This document shows, in pieces, positions 10,548-18,535 of a stretch of DNA of 52,173 nucleotides (the stretch's first letter is position 1; each line of letters starts with the position of its first letter). This DNA is from a virus (Duplodnaviria; Caudoviricetes). The notes under the pieces are model-generated. The model was not told where the DNA came from and ran no database searches. It saw only the letters and a program-made list of their open reading frames with translations. The position numbers and the translations under genes are program-made. The stretch spans positions 1 to 52,173 of the IMG/VR virus record IMGVR_UViG_3300023199_000094, one strand, 5' to 3'.

Positions 10548-10999
10548 TATACTTCTGGTTTACTCGACCGTTTTAATAGATACCGCTGGTGTATGTTCGT
10601 GTTGAATATACCTGCGTCGTGTTTGTCAGTGCTAATTATGAACCACGTCGAAAACGAATCAAACAACACCATATCGCCTGTGGTGAAATCTCGGTCAATG
10701 TCAGGGTGTTCTAACAGGCGTTCTTGTATCCATTTACTCATCTCCCAAACAGCGTCGACGTCTTCAGCCAGTACAGTCAATTCCTGACGGCGCTGCCGGT
10801 CCACGTCAACCCAAGTCTGCAGTATCCACGGGGCGATGTCTACGACTAAGTCTATCTCCTCGTACGACGGCTCTCCGGCCGGTGTGCGAGCGCCGTAGAG
10901 GTCCCTATATGGAGACGCTGCGGTCTGTCCCGTCTCATCAGCGCGTTTCTTTAACGCAACTTTTATAAGACGTGCGTTCGTAGTCGAATTATAAGTCAT
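10547..10999 (-). CDS. Head closure/stopper protein (putative)
   Basis: 150 aa, beta-rich, follows the head-tail adaptor; position-based call. Confidence 0.5.
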   Translation of the reverse strand: MTYNSTTNARLIKVALKKRADETGQTAASPYRDLYGARTPAGEPSYEEIDLVVDIAPWILQTWVDVDRQRRQELTVLAEDVDAVWEMSKWIQERLLEHPDIDRDFTTGDMVLFDSFSTWFIISTDKHDAGIFNTNIHQRYLLKRSSKPEV

Positions 11000-11565
11000 G
11001 ATTGCACTGATCTAAAAACGCGGTCAAGGTTACCAGTCTTAGCTAATAAAGGCCGGACTAGATTGTAAGCTTCCGGACAGAGTTTATGCGTACGCGCATG
11101 TCTTGGATCCGCTGACTCTGTTCCACCTGCTCGCGTCACACTAAAAATACCTTGCGCTTGATGATCTAGTCTCTCATCCAACTGAACACCGCGAAGTGTA
11201 TTATTTAATATGTACCAAGCCTGCTCACAACAGCCCTGAGCAATAATAACAGGTATCGACTGTTCAAGATAGAAAATATCACCATAACTACCAATACCAA
11301 GGTATCTCGGCCATTCGCGAATTTGTTGAATAATCAGTTTATGACCGACCCAATACTGTTGGTCTAGTTGCAAAGTCGCTTCGCGCAAAGCGCTTATACG
11401 GTCTAGGGGAGCCGACGGATCTTGTTCAGGAACAGAGAACCACGCGGCTTTACGCGTTAGCGTATCGCTAAAATAATCGTTAGAATAGTTCACTGTTGCG
11501 TACGGCAACACGGGCTGGTGAAAATCTAACTGCGTTTGATAACCATTATCCGTATTGGCAGGCAT
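10996..11565 (-). CDS. Head-tail connector/adaptor
   Basis: YATV..S.DYF...W...ALREAT..LD...W.G.K....Q.REWPR...IP..I...CCEQA pattern of phage head-tail adaptors. Confidence 0.7.
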   Translation of the reverse strand: MPANTDNGYQTQLDFHQPVLPYATVNYSNDYFSDTLTRKAAWFSVPEQDPSAPLDRISALREATLQLDQQYWVGHKLIIQQIREWPRYLGIGSYGDIFYLEQSIPVIIAQGCCEQAWYILNNTLRGVQLDERLDHQAQGIFSVTRAGGTESADPRHARTHKLCPEAYNLVRPLLAKTGNLDRVFRSVQS

Positions 11566-11578
11566 TTTACATCCTTTA

Positions 11579-12127
11579 CTATAACAGTCGTCCCAATACG
11601 GTCACAGAACCTATAACAGCGGCCAACATACCGACCAAACGTCCGGCGGTAGAGGCAAAAGCTCTCTTCTCTTTAGAGGCATCGGCTTTGGTTTGAAGAG
11701 CTTCTATCACTGCTTTCTGATCTCGTTTAAGTACTTGAATATTTGCGCGGGTGTCGTCTAGAGAAGTAGAAAAGATTTTAACACTACGCGATAATTTACT
11801 AAACGCGCCTTCCACTTTTTCCCAAATATCAGGATCGCGCTTGGCTTTTGATTCGGCTGAGGAGACTTCTCTTTTCACACTCCGTAGGCGATCAGAAATA
11901 TCCTCTAAGATGTCTTCTAGGTCTTCCGTGCGACGGCTGTTGATATCGCGCTCGTTCCTTGCCGAAATTATCTCTCGCTTCAGCGATTCAATAACTCGTT
12001 TAGCCGTGCTTAAACGTTTCTCTAAATCACGCGCCTCTCTGTCTATAAAATCAAAAAAGTCATCAACGTCGTCTAAGACACCAAAGCGATCTAATATAGT
12101 ATCTTTAAGAGAAGATAAAACACTCAC
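11579..12127 (-). CDS. Coiled-coil protein with C-terminal hydrophobic anchor
   Basis: 182 aa of charged heptads ending LVGMLAAVIGSVTVLGRLL; GGAG RBS upstream of GTG start. Confidence 0.7.
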   Translation of the reverse strand: MSVLSSLKDTILDRFGVLDDVDDFFDFIDREARDLEKRLSTAKRVIESLKREIISARNERDINSRRTEDLEDILEDISDRLRSVKREVSSAESKAKRDPDIWEKVEGAFSKLSRSVKIFSTSLDDTRANIQVLKRDQKAVIEALQTKADASKEKRAFASTAGRLVGMLAAVIGSVTVLGRLL

Positions 12128-12203
12128 TGCACCACTCCTTAGTACTTAGACAATAAGAATAACTCATATTCCGTGGCTAAAAGAACTTGATAAAACTCTC
12201 CAT
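12097..12203. repeat. 107-bp perfect direct repeat, copy 1
   Basis: tagtatctttaagagaag...gataaaactctccat identical to 14133-14239; flanking bases differ on both sides. Confidence 0.95.
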
Positions 12204-14132
12204 CCGCGGATGGCCGCGGGATGCGGGCCACGGGCGGCTCAGCGGCGGCCGACCGAGGGCCAGCGCGCCACCGACTCGCGCACACGGGCAAACTCGCCGG
12301 CCGGCACGCGGTACAGCTCGCGCAGCAGCCGGTCCGCCTCGTCCTCCACGTCGCGCACGTCCGCGTCGGCGTCGGCTGAGAGACGCCCCGCCAGCTCGCG
12401 GGCCATCGCCGCCAGCCGGTCGCGGGCATCCACCGCCAGCGGCGGGCAGGGCAACGTGCGCAGGTGCTTCACCTTCACCTGCGGCGACGTCTTCTGCCGC
12501 GCGTCCGGCCAGGTCACCCGGTGGAACCACGCCAGCAACGCGCTGTTGAGCAGCACCGCAAGCGCCTCCACCAGCTCGTCGGGCGCCTCGCACGCCAGCA
12601 CGCTGTTGCGGAAGTACGTCGGCCGGCCCGTCCCGTGCAACGCCGCCAGCGGACGGTCGGCCGTCTGCCGCAACAGCAGCGGAACCGCCTGGTAGCGCTC
12701 CAGCTGCCCGATCCGTGGTGGCGTCACACCGGGCGGCACCGCGGCCGGCGGCGCGACCCGCAGCCACTCCGACGGCTCGCCGACGACAAACGGCCGCACG
12801 TCGCGTCCGCGTCGGCACGGCAGCCAGAACGCCCCGTCCACTCCCTCGACGCCGGACCGGCTGGCCTCCCCCGCCGGCCGCTCGCGCGCGATCAGCTGCG
12901 CGGCCACGCCGCCGGTGTGCACGCCGGGGTCGGCAAACGACACGCCCGGCAGGTCGACCAGCTTCGGCAGCAACGTCAGCCGCGCCAGCAGCGACTCGTG
13001 CCCCGTTGGCGTGGCATGCCCGACCACCGCCCCCTCGCTGGCCGTGGCGGCCGCCAGCCAGCCATCCACCGCCGGCGGCGAGTCGTCGGCGCGCGGCGGG
13101 CCGAGCACCAGGATCACCGCCGGCCCGGTCACGCCGTCGAACGCCGACTCGCCGACACGCTCGATGTGCCGCAGCCGGTGGCGGCGCAGCAGCGCCCGGC
13201 GCACGCCGCGGTAGCCGTCGAGGTGTGCGACCTGCTCGGGCACAATCGCGCCGATCACGCCGTCGTCGGCGACGAGGTCGGACGCCAGCTCGAGAAACGC
13301 GCCGTGCGCGGAGGGGAAGCCGGCCATCCCGAGCGGAAACGCCTCGCGCAGTGCCGCGCGCCGCTCGTCGGAGAGGGCGTGCGCCTGGCGGTTGCCCCAC
13401 GAGATCCAGGGCGGGTTGAGCAGCACCACGTCGAACGGCTCGACGCCGGCCCACGTCGCGCGGTCGAGTGCGTCAGCGGTGCGCAGGTTGGCGCCCGGCA
13501 ACGCGGCGCGCGCGGCTGCCACTGCATCGGGGTCCACGTCCACGCCGTGCAGCTTGAGCGCTGCAACCGGCTGCTGCGCGGCCGCCAGCAGGAAGACGCC
13601 GTGACCGACCGCCGGATCGAGCACGCGCACACCGCGCGTGCGCCGCAGCTGCGCGAAGGCAAGCTGCGTGATGTGCCCGGCCAGCTCACGCGAGGTGGCG
13701 TGCGCGCCGAACGGATGCTGCCGGGACGGGCGCGGCACGGCTACGCCACCCGCGTGCCGGGCGGCACGTCTGCGTCGGGCGCCAGCAGGATTACGTCAAG
13801 CGGCGTCCCCGCGTCCGCGTCCGGCACCGCGCCGAGCACGAGCACCTCGCTGCGAACGGACGCCACCTGCCGCGGCGGCAGGTTGACCACCGCGCAGACC
13901 TGCCGGCCGACAAGGCCGCGCCGTTCGCGCGGATCACCCGGATCACCCGCGCAGTCCGCTTCGCCAGCCGCCACACCACCCGCGCGGCCCGCCTTGCCGG
14001 GAAGATAGCGCCGCGTGATCTGTGCACTGCTGCGCTTCACGCCCAGCGGGCCGAAGTCGATCCACAGCTGCAGCGCCGGCTTGCGCGCCTGCGGGAACGG
14101 CTCGGCGCGCACCACCGTGCCGACGCGCAGCT
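12204..14132. mobile_element. 1929-bp GC-rich foreign insert (csaA + DNA methyltransferase); genuine capture or assembly chimera
   Basis: Abrupt composition switch (line 12241-12300 is 47/60 G+C; line 12001-12060 is 23/60) exactly bounded by the 107-bp repeats; no transposase or integrase inside. Confidence 0.6.
12239..13738 (-). CDS. N6-adenine DNA methyltransferase (TaqI/Eco57I-like, gamma class)
   Basis: Motif I VLDPAVGHGVFL, GVDVDP, motif IV FDVVLLNPPW, and a C-terminal LAVLLNS...P.VKV..L..LP TaqI_C-like region. Confidence 0.9.
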   Translation of the reverse strand: MPRPSRQHPFGAHATSRELAGHITQLAFAQLRRTRGVRVLDPAVGHGVFLLAAAQQPVAALKLHGVDVDPDAVAAARAALPGANLRTADALDRATWAGVEPFDVVLLNPPWISWGNRQAHALSDERRAALREAFPLGMAGFPSAHGAFLELASDLVADDGVIGAIVPEQVAHLDGYRGVRRALLRRHRLRHIERVGESAFDGVTGPAVILVLGPPRADDSPPAVDGWLAAATASEGAVVGHATPTGHESLLARLTLLPKLVDLPGVSFADPGVHTGGVAAQLIARERPAGEASRSGVEGVDGAFWLPCRRGRDVRPFVVGEPSEWLRVAPPAAVPPGVTPPRIGQLERYQAVPLLLRQTADRPLAALHGTGRPTYFRNSVLACEAPDELVEALAVLLNSALLAWFHRVTWPDARQKTSPQVKVKHLRTLPCPPLAVDARDRLAAMARELAGRLSADADADVRDVEDEADRLLRELYRVPAGEFARVRESVARWPSVGRR

Positions 14133-14163
14133 TAGTATCTTTAAGAGAAGATAAAACACTCAC
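13741..14163 (-). CDS. csaA: CsaA/tRNA-binding OB-fold protein fused to 10 phage-derived N-terminal residues
   Basis: LRVGTVVRAEPFPQARKPA..L.IDFG..G.KRSSAQIT..Y and LVGRQV.AVVNLPPRQVA...SEVLVLG are CsaA signatures; MSVLSSLKDT comes from the repeat. Confidence 0.85.
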   Translation of the reverse strand: MSVLSSLKDTKLRVGTVVRAEPFPQARKPALQLWIDFGPLGVKRSSAQITRRYLPGKAGRAGGVAAGEADCAGDPGDPRERRGLVGRQVCAVVNLPPRQVASVRSEVLVLGAVPDADAGTPLDVILLAPDADVPPGTRVA

Positions 14164-14239
14164 TGCACCACTCCTTAGTACTTAGACAATAAGAATAACT
14201 CATATTCCGTGGCTAAAAGAACTTGATAAAACTCTCCAT
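14133..14239. repeat. 107-bp perfect direct repeat, copy 2
   Basis: Identical to 12097-12203; contains the 3' end of the neck gene, an RBS and the first 10 codons of the next gene. Confidence 0.95.
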
Positions 14240-14591
14240 TGTCTACTAACGGTTTTTCCAAAAACTTAGCAGGGCCGAAGAAACCTAGGCTGGGGTGATT
14301 AAAGGGTTTTTCGTGTTGTATTTTGGCGTACACAACATTGGCACTACCGTAAACGACACGCGCTACTTTTACAGCATCCTCCAGACTAGGCAGTTCTTCG
14401 ACCCTGCCTGATTTCAGTAACTCACCTGTCAAAACCGGGACGTACAGCCGTGAGTCTTTTAGTAACTCTTTAGCCACGACCCTAATCGCATGGTTCGCGG
14501 CTTCCGGCACCGTCTGAGCGTACCGCACCAGACCTTGCACAAGAGAGCTACTAGAAAACGAAACGTCAATAGTCCCGATGACTTTAGGCAT
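14175..14591 (-). CDS. Neck protein (HK97 gp10-like)
   Basis: VPVLTGELLKSG...YA..QHE......AKFLEKPL motif of gp10-like neck proteins. Confidence 0.8.
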   Translation of the reverse strand: MPKVIGTIDVSFSSSSLVQGLVRYAQTVPEAANHAIRVVAKELLKDSRLYVPVLTGELLKSGRVEELPSLEDAVKVARVVYGSANVVYAKIQHEKPFNHPSLGFFGPAKFLEKPLVDNGEFYQVLLATEYELFLLSKY

Positions 14592-15349
14592 TACTCTTTA
14601 ACAGCGGGGGGTACCACCGGCTTTTTATTACTGTCTTCTGTTACAGGAGGGGCCGGCGGTATCTTCATAGCGGCCTTAACCTCTTCAGGAGGTAGTACCG
14701 AAGTCGCCTTTGCTGCCGAATAACCAGTAGTGACCGACTTGCTCCTCTGTTCGTAACGCTCGCCTGTTTCCGGCGAGTCAGCAATAAGATTACTTACGCG
14801 GAAGATATCCTTAACGTTCGGTCGTTCGTCCTTATTCTGAACAACCGAAACAGCGTTAGAACGCTGAATGTTATAGACCTTACGCCAAATTTCTCCTTTC
14901 ATAACCGAACGGATGTTATCATCGTTCGTGTCGAAATTATCCCAATATAGAAGATGGACATGTTCTCTCATGTCATCGCCAGCCGACCACTGCGTACGCG
15001 TCAACGCCTTATTCTGGTTGTTCACGTAGTCAATAATCTGTCTCGCCACAGGAAGCGTGTACGAGTTGGCTTTGGGACCTATGTAATAGCGACGTCGATT
15101 CCACAAAACACTAAACTTGTGCGACGACGAAATCCTAAACGTATTTTCTTTAATCTCTGCCTGTAGTCGCGAGCAGACAGGTTCGTGCTGGCGTGTTATT
15201 TCCTTCAAAATCTCGATAGGGGGTACTTCTTCCCCAATCTCACCTGCAGTATAACCCTGATTAATAAGCTTACGATAAGTGTGGGTCGTTATGTCTCGAA
15301 GCAGTTCTAGAGCGTTTGCACTTGAAATTTGAGCAGCGATCTTGTCCAT
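14591..15349 (-). CDS. Hypothetical protein (head module)
   Basis: 252-aa ORF with GGAAGG RBS, TAATG-coupled to the next gene; Pro-rich C-terminus. Confidence 0.7.
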   Translation of the reverse strand: MDKIAAQISSANALELLRDITTHTYRKLINQGYTAGEIGEEVPPIEILKEITRQHEPVCSRLQAEIKENTFRISSSHKFSVLWNRRRYYIGPKANSYTLPVARQIIDYVNNQNKALTRTQWSAGDDMREHVHLLYWDNFDTNDDNIRSVMKGEIWRKVYNIQRSNAVSVVQNKDERPNVKDIFRVSNLIADSPETGERYEQRSKSVTTGYSAAKATSVLPPEEVKAAMKIPPAPPVTEDSNKKPVVPPAVKE

Positions 15350-15373
15350 TTAAACCTTCCTTGTAGTAAAACG

Positions 15374-15419
15374 AAAAAGGGGGTGAGGTTGCGAACAATA
15401 ACACAAACCCTCACCCCCT
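15374..15419 (-). terminator. Intrinsic terminator after major capsid gene
   Basis: AGGGGGTGAGG/CCTCACCCCCT stem with a T5 tract on the minus strand. Confidence 0.75.
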
Positions 15420-15434
15420 AATTCGACTTATGTA

Positions 15435-16391
15435 TTAAGCAGCAAGGTCGCGAATCGAAGCCGCGTGCCACGGATTCTCATAGGCGAACTGGCTGTAGTG
15501 TTTAACAAAGAACTGCGAAGCGTCAAAGGAACCCGGATCACGAGGCTCCACAGCAAAGTCCTGTAGAAGCTTCCACTTGATCTGGCTCATGTCGATAAAG
15601 TCCATGCGCCCCGGCTCGTAATCCGGCACCGCAACCACAGGAATGCCCGTGAATAGAAGGGTATCAAAACCACCCTCCATGCGTTGCGATTCTTGACGAC
15701 GGCGCCGCTCCTCAAGCAACGTACCATAAGACGTCCAAAGATCATAATTACAGAGAATATGCGAGACGGTAGCGCCGCGCGTTCTCATTTCATTATAAGC
15801 TTGGAACATCAAGGTTTCGGTAAGCGGGCGAGGGACACCGCCGTTGCTGAGAACGAACGATCTCCACCACGCATTTACCGACCGATCAATACCGGCATAG
15901 GTCGTAACAAGTGAACCATCGTCGATAGCCGCCTGAATACCGGTAATATTAGCGCCATCAGAACGCAGAACCGGATTGGCACCGTTAAGGTTACCAACAC
16001 CATCCGCCAGAAGCTGGAACTCAATCTGACGCTTCAGGTCACGCATGGCCTGAGACGTCTCAGTAGCAATCGCATTAATAATCGAGTTCTGCGATTCCGA
16101 CTGAGCCTGAGCCAGACCAGTCACACGAATAACAGCTTTATTTAGCTTCCAATCAAGCTTTGCCGTTTCGTATGCCTGCTCACCGGCGCTACCGAAATTT
16201 TCAGTCTCGAAGTACGAACCAACCGAGCTGTTGCCCGCGTAGTTCACCTTCCACTGAATATCCTTCTCTTTATAAGTCTCAACCTTCGGCGCAACAATAT
16301 TACCAAAAACCGTATCGCGACGAAGAGTTTCTCTGAACGCAGGGCCAAACTGTTCACGGATTAGTTTGGCCACTTCAGAAGCTTCGAACAT
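15435..16391 (-). CDS. Major capsid protein (HK97 fold)
   Basis: 318 aa after the scaffold, followed by a terminator; DG.G...I.G..A.IDDG....TYAGIDRS...WW and GGFD.L.F.GIPVV motifs. Confidence 0.9.
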   Translation of the reverse strand: MFEASEVAKLIREQFGPAFRETLRRDTVFGNIVAPKVETYKEKDIQWKVNYAGNSSVGSYFETENFGSAGEQAYETAKLDWKLNKAVIRVTGLAQAQSESQNSIINAIATETSQAMRDLKRQIEFQLLADGVGNLNGANPVLRSDGANITGIQAAIDDGSLVTTYAGIDRSVNAWWRSFVLSNGGVPRPLTETLMFQAYNEMRTRGATVSHILCNYDLWTSYGTLLEERRRRQESQRMEGGFDTLLFTGIPVVAVPDYEPGRMDFIDMSQIKWKLLQDFAVEPRDPGSFDASQFFVKHYSQFAYENPWHAASIRDLAA

Positions 16392-16499
16392 TTTCGTTCC
16401 TCTTTACAGAAGTGCCATTGTTATTTTCCATGGTCCCTGCGTCCACAGGCGTACCCTCTCTGTGTACCGTGTGTAGGATAGAGTATCTAGGCGTAGATG

Positions 16500-17681
16500 T
16501 CAACCTTTGTTTTGCATCGCTTTCATGCGTGCTATAAAGCTTTGCTGTGCTGACTCTAACGTCACCGGGGTGGTTTTCTTAGAGGTTGGTGCCGTCGACT
16601 CAGCTAGTCTCGTTCCCACACTGGTCTTTTTACTGGACTCTGTAACGTTTTCGGACGGAGTTTCATTCCCGGTTTCGGCGGCTCTATGGTTCTGGGCGGC
16701 AACTTCCTTCTCCGCTCGTCTAATAAGACCTTTATGCTTCGAAGAAATATCTTTAATAACAGATGTCCATGGTTGCTTCTTACCATTCAGGTGTAAAGCC
16801 TTTCTCGCTTTATCGAACAGTAGCATAGCATCTTCATTAACCTCGTAACCGCTTTCCTTGAGAGCGTTAGAATACTCTAGACGTAGTTGGTTCGTACGGG
16901 CTTCGTCTCTCTTTTGAAACGCTTTCTTAGCTTCCCTGTTAAGGAAATTACGGTCCGAAACATTTTTATTATGGTCGGAAATCAGTTCAGAAATAATATT
17001 AGCAAACTGCTCCGGCACTGCGTTCGGATCTAACCCAAACCGACGTTTAAAATTACTTTCTGTAATATACTCACTATCCTTAACTTCACCAGATTCAATT
17101 TGCTTAGCTTTAAAACTCTGCCACATAGAGGCTTTATCAAAAGAAACAGGCTTCAGGCGCGACTGGTCTTCAAGAGCCTGTTTCTGCTCTTCGGTGAGAT
17201 CAGTACGAGCATTAGCTAAATTCGAATCCGATTCGGCTTTAGATAAGCGTTCTTTGCGGGCTTCTGCTTGGTTCATAAACCACTGCAGGGTGTTCGGCTC
17301 TACCGTCTCGGACCAAAGCTGAAGAGTTTCTAATACTCGATCTTTTTCGTCAATATTAACAACTGCTTCGTCAATCAGAGCTTGATCTTCAGGAGATATT
17401 TCCGCTTCAGTCTCCGTAGGCTCTTCAGCATCTTCTTCAGGCTCTTGGTCCGTCGCGACCGCTGGGGCATCGTCCGGCGTCGCGGCATCAACGTCCTGTT
17501 GAGGCTCCTCAGCGGGCGTCTCGCCGTCTTTCGGCTGCTCCGATGGCTGAGTACCCGTGGACGAGATCTCCGAGGCTTGAGAAGCTTCTGTAGCGCGCGG
17601 TAGACTCGGCGCCTTCTGAACAAAATTAGCAACTGCCTTTTCTAACGAGGGTGTGTTGTCCGCAGTGTTTTCTTTACTCAT
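16500..17681 (-). CDS. Capsid scaffolding protein (putative)
   Basis: 393 aa, acidic low-complexity N-terminus, helical core, directly upstream of the capsid gene. Confidence 0.7.
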   Translation of the reverse strand: MSKENTADNTPSLEKAVANFVQKAPSLPRATEASQASEISSTGTQPSEQPKDGETPAEEPQQDVDAATPDDAPAVATDQEPEEDAEEPTETEAEISPEDQALIDEAVVNIDEKDRVLETLQLWSETVEPNTLQWFMNQAEARKERLSKAESDSNLANARTDLTEEQKQALEDQSRLKPVSFDKASMWQSFKAKQIESGEVKDSEYITESNFKRRFGLDPNAVPEQFANIISELISDHNKNVSDRNFLNREAKKAFQKRDEARTNQLRLEYSNALKESGYEVNEDAMLLFDKARKALHLNGKKQPWTSVIKDISSKHKGLIRRAEKEVAAQNHRAAETGNETPSENVTESSKKTSVGTRLAESTAPTSKKTTPVTLESAQQSFIARMKAMQNKG

Positions 17682-17692
17682 CAGGTCATATC

Positions 17693-18535
17693 CTATTTAT
17701 TGAAACCCGCAAAATGCTTGTTTACTATTGTGGGTAAGTCTTTTATTCCAAAAACCTTACCTGAAAAATTGTCCGAAACAGGTACTATTCTATGTCTACA
17801 GTTCGGGTGGAACAGGTGTACTGACAGTTCTTTAGACTCTGTCACAAACTCCAACGCTTCTAAATCTATCACCTTTTCGTTACACCATCTGCAAGTAGAA
17901 GCTGAATTATGAACAATACCTCCCACAACCTTAAACACCTTGTTTTTTATATAAAACCTAACAAAAAATTTGGTTAGGTCACGTTCAAGATTATCAGGTA
18001 TTGTTTTGAATAAGAGTTTCACGTACGGCACCAAACCTAAATTTACTTTACGTCCCTGTCTCTTAGGCTTGTTTAAACCAAATATATTAAGTATAAAACC
18101 TAGAATACCGCCCTGTGGTTTAGGTTCGGGTCGTCCTCGTTTGATAGCCAACAACCGACGCCGCTCATTTTCTTTACGTATTTGTCTTTTAATCTCCGCG
18201 GTCAGCTTTTCAACATGTTTCTGACCTATACGAGCCGCGACAACAAACCCTTTATTTAAAGATTGTTCCCAAGAGTTAATCGACCTATCTTTCAACAGCT
18301 TAAAAATAGAAGGTACAGGGTCGTTGCCTATGCGCGGGCGTATGCGATTTTGTACGTAGTTCTCAAATAGCTTGTTGGTCTCGGAGATGGCATAAGACAT
18401 CAACACATCTTTAATTTTAATCAGCTCGCCTTCGTCAAATCGTGTGATATCAGCTTCTACGGTCTTGACATAATTTCTCAAAGTGCGAAGATGCGAATTA
18501 ATATCCGCGGCAAAGAACGCTCCGAATATAGCCAT
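17693..18535 (-). CDS. Minor head/head morphogenesis protein (MuF/gp7-like)
   Basis: Basic 280-aa protein after the portal with C..C and HPNCRH motifs. Confidence 0.8.
   Translation of the reverse strand: MAIFGAFFAADINSHLRTLRNYVKTVEADITRFDEGELIKIKDVLMSYAISETNKLFENYVQNRIRPRIGNDPVPSIFKLLKDRSINSWEQSLNKGFVVAARIGQKHVEKLTAEIKRQIRKENERRRLLAIKRGRPEPKPQGGILGFILNIFGLNKPKRQGRKVNLGLVPYVKLLFKTIPDNLERDLTKFFVRFYIKNKVFKVVGGIVHNSASTCRWCNEKVIDLEALEFVTESKELSVHLFHPNCRHRIVPVSDNFSGKVFGIKDLPTIVNKHFAGFNK

Noticed and set aside
12139-14027. Many long overlapping ORFs in the GC-rich insert (425, 514, 234 aa and others)
   Set aside because: Shadow ORFs caused by stop-codon scarcity at high GC; Arg/Ala/Pro-rich with no motifs, while the methyltransferase and CsaA frames explain the region
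12204-14132. IS or transposon identity for the insert
   Set aside because: No transposase, no terminal inverted repeats, and the duplication is too long for a typical target-site duplication
16392-16418. In-frame upstream ATG GCA CTT CTG TAA before the capsid gene (possible readthrough or recoding)
   Set aside because: The capsid ATG has its own AGAGGA RBS, and TAA, TAG and TGA all act as normal stops throughout, so there is no sign of an alternative code
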